A DNA stretch of 64,000 nucleotides from assembly GCA_028023455.1 (NCBI GenBank), contig JAQFVV010000010.1, positions 6,882,001 through 6,946,000 on the forward strand. The letters are read 5' to 3'. The DNA is from Epiperipatus broadwayi (Eukaryota; Animalia; Onychophora). Both the position numbers and the translations under genes were made by a program. The notes beneath the pieces are model-generated. The model had not been told where the DNA came from and did not search any database. It was given only the letters and a program-made list of their open reading frames with translations. Within the stretch, counting starts at the first letter, position 1. Every line of letters starts with the position of its first letter. This document shows positions 54,232-64,000 of the stretch, piece by piece.

Positions 54232-54564
54232 TGTATTTATATATTGGACTACTTCTATCATCTGATATTAAGTATTGAATGTCTTTAGAAAAACTAATTC
54301 CATTTAAATTTTCCAATTACATTCAACTGTTAATAAAAACACACAGGTTAGCATATGCACAATGTTTCAAGAGATATTATTCTCCTCTCTTCTTCAGAGG
54401 TTACTGGCCTAAACAGTGACAGTACCAGCCAGTTAAATGCAACTGGAAAAATTAAATAAAGTTAATTTTGCTGAAGACATTCAATACTTAATATTAGATG
54501 ATGGAAATAGTCCAATATATAAATACAACTAAAATATTACCAACACACACCTTCAGGAAAACAA
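54232..54564. mobile_element. Family P1 fold-back insertion with 13-bp TSD
   Basis: Inverted arm 54232-54425 (hammerhead-like motif on minus strand, 54357-54402); sense arm plus tail about 54432-54564. TSD atgtaactatatt at 54219-54231 and 54565-54577. Confidence 0.85.
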
Positions 54565-55929
54565 ATGTAACTATATTCTGTGTAAAAATCTTAGAAGTTT
54601 TTATAGATTATAAATTGTCTACTTGCTTATGCATCATATTTATATATATACTTCTAAATTAAATATACTTCTACCAGTACATGACTATTAACTTATCTTT
54701 AAAATAAATTATGTATTAATATTTAAGAGGTATATTATATATTAAAACACTAAACTTAAAAAATTAACAAGATATATATATAGTCCATTCATGTATTCAA
54801 AGTAACAAAAAAAAATTTTATTTGCATCTTGATACCTTAAACTGTAGACCTATGACATTGAAACAATATACAAAAAGTATATTAGGAAAACACACAATAT
54901 GATTCACTTTTGTACCATCTTACTTTGATAATAAATACACTATTATGGGAATATACTTATGCCTCTTAGAGAACTCCTCTTACATGAAAACACCCAAGAA
55001 AAATTTTAAAGAGTCCAATCATGGCTAGTTCAACAGAAGTCATCCTAAACATGTGATATGACAATATCTCCACCTATAATATAATTCTAATTTAGGATAA
55101 CATTAATATTCAACCCAGCTTCAGTATCATCACACACCACTTTATTAAACATAAACTTGAGATTTATTATCATGATACCAGATCTAGACAAGATACTAAC
55201 TTAATATTAGTGATCCATAAAAGAGAATGACATTCTGATTCTGGAAGTTAACCCATAATTTATTTGGAACCAATAATCTAATTGGAATGAGACACACTTG
55301 ATATCAAAGATGACAGTACAGAATTTGCAAATATAAAAGCAACAGTAATATGAAACTGCTGATTAGAGTAATTAAATCACTCAAATAATAATTTGTCCCA
55401 CATTTTTTATCCCTAGTCTTTATCATGGCATCTATTGAACCATATAAAACTTTAGATTTACAGCTACAACATTACAAATCTGAGACAAAATATCATCATC
55501 TGTATTAAAAGTGAACTGCTTACTTTGTGCAACACTTTATTACTATTTATCCATACCTTATTACTGATAATTAATGCCATATTTGTGCTGATTAACTAAT
55601 ATAGAAATATTAATAATTATACAAATCTAAAATGCATAAAGCTAACTGTTCAAACATGTAATTAAAATAGCAATTTATATATTTCATTATTTGTTATAGC
55701 TTAAAATATTAGTCTTATAAGACTTAACAGACATATATAGAAAGGTAGGTATTAATTATCTTGTCATATTGTAGGCATGACAGTATTTAATGAACCATTT
55801 GTCAGTCACATATAAACAGAGGTGAATTTTAAGAATAAATAAATCTATATATTTACTATTAAGTCTTGGTGTAATTGAACACTTTAACTCTTAAATTTCT
55901 AAACTGCTGATATTTTAATAACCAACCAT

Positions 55930-58010
55930 GTAAATTGATGTATCTATCTCAACAGAAAAATTTCTCTTTTAATATGAGAGTAAAATTCAACACTGACAAT
56001 GATCATCGATTAGTAAGATGTAAGATACTTGTTAATGCAAAACTAGAGAGACAAAAATTATTAAGAAAAACAACATTTACAGTTGATATTTGGAATCTTC
56101 AGAAATATTCTAATGAATTTAAATTAGAACTTCCAAATCGTTTTCGAATATTAATAGATTTTGAACATGATTCAGATTTGAATGAAATTAACAGGAAAAT
56201 AACTGATACATTTTTAAGAACTGTAACAAAGATAGCTGGTAGAAAAACGCAGCAATTGACCAATAAAATTTCTACTGAGACTAGAGAATTTATGAAGAAA
56301 AGAAGAAATATGAAGATATATAAGAATGATGCATTAAATTTTGTAAAATGGTGCGAAAAAGAGATGATAATGATATAAGAAAGGATAATTGTGAACTAAC
56401 CAAGAAAATTGTAGTAAAAAAATAAAAGTCTCGAGAGTGTAAAACAACATTGTGTTATTGGTAGAAAACTTCTATCTGCAAAAAAAAAAAAAAAAAAATA
56501 GAACTATTACTAAAATGTGAGATGACATCATGAAATGGGTAGAAGAGTTCTATTAAGAATTATATAGTAATAAAAAATAAATATTTCCTATATCGATTAT
56601 ATGTTCTGAAGTGCCCGGATTTTAAATGAAGAAATGAAACATACAATTAAATTTATGAAGAAGGGAAAAGATCCAGGTAATGATGGAATTATAATTGAGA
56701 TATTAAAAAAAGCAGGTGAAGAAATAAAAAAAATTTTGACAAAGCTATATACCAAATGTCTAAATGATAAAGATGTACTAAATGATTGGAAGAATGCAGT
56801 ATTAATATTAATATTTTAAAAAGGTGATAAAGAAGATATTAGAAATTATAGATCTATCAGTCTTTTATCAGTTTTATACAAAATTTTTACCAAAATAATT
56901 ACAACTCGTCTGCAGAGAACATTAGATTTCAAACAACCAAAAGAACAAGCTAAAAGTAGTTTTAGTACAGTAGATCATATCCAAGTACTGAGAGAAGTTA
57001 TAGAAAGAACTAATGAATATGAATTACCATTATGCTTTGGATTTGTAGATTATGAAAAGGCATTTGATTCTATAAACATTTCTTTGGTGATTAAAGCATT
57101 GGATCATCAAGGTACAGACCCAGGATATTATCATATTCTGAAGAATATTTATAAAAATGCAACAGCAACAATTAAAGTACATAATGTTATTACAAAAGTT
57201 AACATTGAGACAAAACTTTTTACAGCAGTGCTTCAAGAAGTATTTTGTGGATTAAAATGAAAAGTTAAAGGAGTAAAAGTAAATGGAGATTATTTAAGTC
57301 ATTTAGATTTTGCAGATGATGTAGTTGTTTTTGCAAATAATGCTTCAGAACTTCAGAAAATATTGCAGGAGTTACCAAATGAAAGTAAGAAAGTAGGACT
57401 AAAGGTAAATGTTAAAAAAAATAATTATGATAAGTTAGAAGAAGTTAATAACTACAAATACCTTGATCAGATTATTACTACAAATGGAAGCTTAATGGAT
57501 GAAATTAATCATAGAATTTAACTTGATTGGAGTGTTTTTGGTCGGAAGAACTTAATATTAAAAGAAAGTATACCTATTTGTTTGAAAAGAAAGGGTTTTA
57601 ATAAATGTGTTTTACCAGTTCTTACTTATAGATAAGAGACTTGGACATTTAACAAAAGATCAATACAGAGACTTCAGAGAACTCAAAGAAATATAGAAAG
57701 ATGCAAATGCAATACACGGGTGAGAGAACAAACAAGTGTTACTGACATCATTGAAAGAATTAAAAGATTGAAGTGGAATTGGGCTGGACATATTGCTAGA
57801 AGAGCTGATAATAGATGGAAAAATGAAATCTTAAATTAGATTCCAAGAGATTGTAACAGATCCAGAAAGAGACCACCTGTGAGATGGATGGATGAAATTA
57901 AAAAGTGTGCAGAAAGTGATGTGAAAAAGAGACTAGAGCTCGGAAAAAATGAATTGAACTTGGAGAGACCTTCATCCTGCAGTGGATTGATAAGGTTGAT
58001 GATGATGATG
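55930..58010 (+). mobile_element. 5'-truncated, degenerate RTE-clade LINE (end of endonuclease + RT)
   Basis: DHRLVRCK, KGKDPGNDGI, NYRSISLLSV.YKIFTKII, GFVDYEKAFDS, HLDFADDV, KRLKWNWAGHIARR..RWMDEIKK; 3' end cagtgga..(GAT)n tail at 57998-58010; several stops and frameshifts. Confidence 0.92.
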
Positions 58011-59673
58011 AAAATGAGTCATAATGACTGGATATCATTTACTTCAATTATTATTACCTACTTACAGTAATAATGTCTCTATGCTGTGGATATGCAGAGC
58101 ATCAGATTCTTGTGCTTCTGCTTAGAATGCATGATTATCTAACATATTAAATTATACTTATTTTAAATACAGGTGATTTTTCTGAATTCTGATTCATTGT
58201 GACCTATATATTTGATCAAATGTTACTAGTATGTCTCCTTTGAAGAACTCATGACATAATTAATCTATTTAATCCAGCTAATACAATTAGCACTACCATG
58301 TCTGGCATAGCTCCTGCAGTTATTTATTAATTAAATGAAGCACTCTTTGTTTATTCTTCTCATGCTATTCTCTATAGCATCATCAAGTGTTGCATCCCAT
58401 TTGACATGTGGGATAAGCTTTTAAAATAGCTAACTCAAGAAAATGAGTCCATATCAATCATTAACGCTTGATCCTATCATGGGTACATGCTCTTACAGCG
58501 TAATAATGATTTTTCTCATATGATAATCATGTTGTTTAGTATCTACTCTTAGCTGAAAGAGAATGTCATTTAACTGAATCTTCATAATTCAACTTTATTA
58601 TATTTTATCGGTGATTACTAATTTTAAAAAAATATATTTAATAACACTTATTTTTTTCATTTCTAACAACTTTTTTCATATTTCTCAACAATAATTTGTT
58701 GAAATCACTGACTTCCAAATCTATGCAAAAGATTTTTGTTTTGAATGAAAAATAAATCCCCTTAAATATATATCTGATTTTAATACTAGTATAAAAATAG
58801 CCAAATTTCATAAACAGAAACAGCCTTTTTAGTAAAACTACTATCTATAATTTTCATAAGCTATCTTGAATAATCTTGTGAGGATATCTAATCTTACTGC
58901 TAATACCATTCTATCCAAATTATCAAGAAAAGTCTTATTTTCCATCACCATATTAATCTAATTAGATATGGGCATTATTATTTTCTTCTCTCTATCTCCA
59001 ATGAGTCTAAATATTTCAAACATAAAAGGTGATTGATTTCCCAATTTATTAAAAACTATTAATCATAATAAATTTAGTTATTCAAATATCAAATATGCTG
59101 CTATGAAATCTCATTCTATCACTGCCTTGCTGTTAAAACAGTCTAAATGTGCCCCTTATTCCACTTGTCTATTGCTATTTGACAAACCTTTACTCTTCCC
59201 CAAGTTATTAATTCTAATTTTATCAAAACCACTATTAAAATAACAACATGCCTCTAGTGATTCAAGGCTTGTATTTAAATGATCAACAAACTAATTTTTT
59301 TTAGGTCATTTTTGCATAAAATATAATAACCTTTTTTAAAGTGATTATTGCATTTTTTTCCAATGAATGTAACTTCCATCTAATATTGGGGGTTTAGAAA
59401 CTCTAATTTTCCTTAGCAACTATTGTAGTTCAAATCTTAGTGGAAGATGCAAAAATTATTACTGATTATTCAAAATAAAATATCAATTAGAACTTAAAAA
59501 ATTCGATGAAATGACTTTGAAAGCAAAGATAAAGTGGATATATGGATAAGTTTTAGTATTAAACATTAATTTCATATTTATTTATTAAACTATTATATCA
59601 ACTGTTGTTGTTTAGGCAATTGTGACAATAAAAATGTGTAACATGTACATATATAACTTAATTTTGCACTTAC

Positions 59674-59790
59674 GGTATAGTTGCATAATGTATTACATGC
59701 TGCTAGTAGAGGAGTGTATCCATCTGAATCTTGAATTTGAGCCATCTTCTTCAGGGGATTCTCAGTGGAAGATGAATTAGACTGGGTTAT
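59674..59790 (-). CDS. Ankyrin-repeat protein exon
   Basis: Acceptor tttatttatag|, donor |gtaagt. 117 nt, phase 0-0: ITQSNSSSTENPLKKMAQIQDSDGYTPLLAACNTLCNYT. Confidence 0.88.
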
Positions 59791-61575
59791 CTATAAATAA
59801 AAAACAAAAAAGAAATCATATAATAAAGGAATTAGCAGGAATACTAATGATATCTCTCTTGCAGCTCCAAAATTAGCATTATAAACAATAATTAAAATAA
59901 ATGGGCACTAGTTAATTTGTACTGTCACTAAAAGAACACTGATTTTAATCACTGTTTACATTATTGGTTCAGAAGAAGCAAAGTAATGATAACTGTTGTA
60001 ATCTAAAATATACATGATTTTCAAGAATGCAAATCATTATTCCTTATAAATTAATGAAAAACTTATAAAATTTCATGTACTAACTATAAATAATACTTAT
60101 AATATACTTTAAACGTATAATTAAAAATATCCAGATTGTATATTAAATAATATTTTGGGCCAATTAAATTGTAGTAAGATTATGAGTACTGATAATTTGG
60201 AGAAAGAAAGGAAATTTATTAGAAACCATGTTCAAAGAATGAATAGTACATTAATTCATCTTATTATGACACAGATATTAATGAAAACCTGGATAAACAC
60301 TAATCATTTTTGAAAATGTTGAGATTAAGCAAATGTGCCAAAATTTCTTAGTTATATAAATCACATTTAAACAACAATAAATTATGAGAAAGCAAATTCA
60401 TTAAATCATTCTAATTAAAATAAATCAACAACCAAATTGTCAAATTAATATTGACATGAACATTTACATTCATATGAACAATGAATTTAACAATAAATTT
60501 ATATGTGTTTATTACTAAAAATTAGGCATTGCTTATAAAAATATAATCTATTATAATAGATAGCCTACATCTATTCACTATTTTTTTTATTCATGTATTG
60601 TTTAAATTTACATTGTGTAATTTAAACATTACATTGATTCAAGAAAATAAAATTAAACCTCTATTGTATACATTTAGTTCTCTATTCAAAAGCAGATAAA
60701 GGAAAGAGAGTAATAATATACCATTGATCAAATGATAATACTCGATCACTAACTATAGGTAATAAATTACTCTGCATAAAATATTTTAGCATCTCAATAT
60801 ATAACTTGATAAGTCATTTATTGTTTTACAATATAATATATAAAGATTTTTAATTAGACTCTTAAACATATATTATTTCAAATAATCAAATTAATTTATT
60901 ATTTTTAAGCAGTTACCCCATTGTTTCTAATATACAGATTATATGAATGCTTAAGCATGATTAGAAGAACAAATTTCTTGAGAATGCCAGACTAAATTTT
61001 TTTTTGTTGCAGTTAACTACTTTTACTATTTTCTAATCAACATAAGCAAAAAGATTCAAATAAGATTTTGAAAAATTTCTCTAAATATTTAATGAACAAC
61101 ATATTATTTACTATTAGCAAAAGATAAATTATATATTTCCAAATTCATGAGTACAATATAATTAAAACAAATCTTTATATATAACTGCAGCACACTAGTT
61201 TTTTTAAAAGTAAATTAACATTTATGACTTTTTTAGGTCTGATTCTACTGAATACTGAACTTGATTATGATAGTATGATATTCTTTAGACTTTTCCATAC
61301 CTTTTATATTTTATTTCCTATACATAGATGCTAGCACTTAAATAATTACATAGAATAAACAAAAAAATTAGTCAAATAAAAAATTTTGTTAATAGTTTCA
61401 GTAGTATCATCAAATAATTTTGCAATAAGAAAGATATTGAAATCAGCAAGAATTTAAGATATATATGTGAAATTACGTACATCTACACATTACATGAGCA
61501 AAAAATAGGATTGCAAAGCAATCAAGTCAAATATCACAAACTAATTTAACAAGCTTGTATTAACAAATGTTATCT

Positions 61576-61826
61576 AATGAGCTTGCCAATAGCTCTTAAT
61601 AAGCTTTTCAGAATACCCCCAACCCCAGACCTGTTTCTGCTTCTGGCTTCCTCAGTGAGGTGCTACTTAATAGTTAACTATTAAATAAAATGCTGGGCTT
61701 GACCTCGTATTTTAAATCTGATCTTGAATATCCCATAGCACTTCACTGAGGAAGCTAGAAGCAGAAATAGGTCTGGAGTTGGGGGTATTCTGAAAAGCTT
61801 ATTAAGAGCTATTGGCAAGCTCATTA
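61576..61826. repeat. Family E fold-back (about 90-bp arms) with hammerhead-like motif on each strand
   Basis: Right arm: cttca-CTGAGGA-agctagaagca-GAAA-taggtc-tggag (61741-61778). The left arm reverse complement gives cctca-CTGAGGA-agccagaagca-GAAA-caggtc-tgggg (61623-61660). Confidence 0.88.
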
Positions 61827-63793
61827 AATAATACATGAAACAAAACTATTGGTGAAAACTAAGATTGTTTGGAAAAACAAATGCTTGTAAAAACTATCTA
61901 CAAAATTTAAACTGTCTAGACAAAAGAAGAAAATTATCTTATTTTCATTGAATAATGTTTTCACTTCTTCAAGTATTACTTTATCAACTATCTTATTAAA
62001 TTTAATAATGTTTTGTGACATTTTCCCGATAACATTTCAACAAATCCCAGATATATAATAAATTGTTTTGTTATCCATAAAAAAACAGCATTTTCAAGTT
62101 TGATCTATTATTACACATCATATAAATAACAGCAAAAAGATTCAAAACATGTTTATAGGATTAGATTTTGAAAATTAGGTAAATAGTCAAGATTTGTTGA
62201 TTTGCGGTAAATAACTTCAGCAATATCTCAACTTTGATCTTTCACAATAATTATTACAAATGTAATTTCACAATTAAAGTTTTGGCATTAACTGCCATAA
62301 ATAAATATCAAAGATATTAAAAACATATTAGTTTATATAAAGCAATTTCTTTATGTATTAATCATATATTAATATATAATAATAGTTTCAACATAATTGA
62401 AATAAAACAACTATATTATTATTAAGAATTGATAATATCTAATACTCACAAATAAATAAATAAAAATAATAGAATAATTTGTTGCTTAGGAGTTTCATAT
62501 GAAAAGTCACATGAAATTTGACTACTGGAAATGATAAAATTTGAGGTGCAATTTATGAACTTTAGTTCTAAAATATAATTGACATTCTGCAATTGCTCTA
62601 AACCATGCAGGGGAGCATAAAATGAAAATTTACATATTATAAATAATAAAATTAGTTAATTTCAAATCCTAATTGATAAATAATTTTATATTTTTCAAAA
62701 GGAAAATTTATTCACAAACCATAAGAATCATTTACAAAAAAAAAGGACCTTTACATATCAATCTCAATGGAGACCAGTTAATAAAATCAAAGGTTACGTT
62801 TTTATACATAGAATAACCAATTAATTTCATATCAATTACATTAAGACATTAGTTATCACCAGAAATTGAAGGCATATAACTTCCAATTCCAGAAATCGTG
62901 GTTGTGGCCCATTTATATTAATCTGATCATGTATCTCACATATATGATGATATTAGTCAATTCAAATACATATAAGTTTGTTTAATTTATGAACATGTAG
63001 ACAATGATTAAAAACATATTTAGTCATTTAGTCTATAGAGCTTTATCTTATCAAGTGAAGAGCACTTCCAATGTTTCTGTGTGTATTAATTTAACATTTA
63101 AATTTTGAGAGATTAGTCATTTTGAACCATATATGAAAGCCATACACTTTACTTATAGATCATGAGGTTAGCCAATCCAATATAGGGATAACATTCATAA
63201 AAATTAACTTGAAAGCAGGTTAAGACTGAATATTATACTAAATTTATCATAGATTCTTTACAGTAAACAAATCGGTTACTATTAAGTATTATTAAAGCAG
63301 TCTTAATATATTTATTGGGTCATTGATTAAAACTGATCCATTAATCAAATGAAAGTCTTTTACTATTGATCATCAATTAAGTGAATAATTTTATAATAGC
63401 ATTTTCTAGTTTTTGGATCTCTTCCATATAAAGTTTATCTAAAATATTTTAGGTAAATGGTTCATTCAAATTTTATATTTAGAGCTTTTAGCCGCTATTT
63501 TTTAAGACTATACCGACTAATAAATTTTTTTTTTTCCTCTTCAATAAAACACCTTACATACTCTAAAACAAATTGTGCAACTGTTATATATATATAATTA
63601 ACTAGTTTTTCATAAAAGAATACTTATTTTTGTGATTCTCCAAATTTTATATTAAACTCATACATACAAAAAATAAATAACTTTTGCTAAAGCAAATAAT
63701 AATAAACAACTGTTAATCTTAATTGTGATTATCTAATAAAAATTTATTTATTTCTCACTATTAATATATAAAAAAAATTAAAATAAAACTCAC

Positions 63794-63943
63794 CGCAGTT
63801 TTAAGGTAATCTATAAAGGGAGCAACATCTAATGTCGTGCATTGCTGTCCTAAATCGTGAAGGATTGTGCGGCCAAATTTATCTGGAGCAATATCTATAC
63901 TACCAGCTTTTTCAAGTAAAAATTTAGCAAGCTCTTCATTGCC
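63794..63943 (-). CDS. Ankyrin-repeat protein (tankyrase-like PARP family candidate), first exon visible in window
   Basis: Acceptor tatttcag|, donor |gtgagt. 150 nt, phase 0-0: GNEELAKFLLEKAGSIDIAPDKFGRTILHDLGQQCTTLDVAPFIDYLKTA (ankyrin-like DKFGRTILH). Confidence 0.88.
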
Positions 63944-64000
63944 CTGAAATAATAATTAAAAATTATTTTTTTTTAGTTTATAGTTTAATTTTTTAATTAA

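Noticed and set aside
59740-59760. cccCTGAAGAaga on the minus strand, resembling the P1 hammerhead core
   Set aside because: It encodes NPLKKM within exon 59674-59790, and there is no downstream GAAA or helix II.
1-64000. CRISPR arrays, rRNA genes or prokaryotic-type systems
   Set aside because: No regularly spaced repeat-spacer arrays or rRNA-like sequence; the window is intron-rich eukaryotic DNA.

Overview
Very AT-rich, CpG-poor eukaryotic (invertebrate-like) genomic DNA; the taxon cannot be fixed from sequence. The whole window lies inside one minus-strand gene. I could chain 11 exons with matching splice phases (1386 nt, 462 codons, no stop) into an ankyrin-repeat protein that resembles the ankyrin region of invertebrate 'tankyrase-like' ANK-(WGR)-PARP proteins. 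The gene starts and ends outside the window, so no catalytic domain is visible. The large introns hold decayed RTE and other LINEs, a degenerate Penelope-like element (PLE: RT + GIY-YIG), two hAT MITEs with 8-bp TSDs, and three TG...CA elements with 5-bp TSDs (solo-LTR-like). The most striking signal is about 16 intronic fold-back (inverted-repeat) structures. Many share one architecture: a sense arm with a short 3' tail plus an inverted arm that stops where the tail begins, in three cases with 10-14 bp TSDs. At least five unrelated repeat families among them carry minimal type-I hammerhead-ribozyme-like motifs. One family puts a tRNA-Lys-like Pol III box pair just upstream of the hammerhead, in the 3' end of the Penelope element. 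All alignments, identities and folds were judged by eye; nothing was computed or searched.
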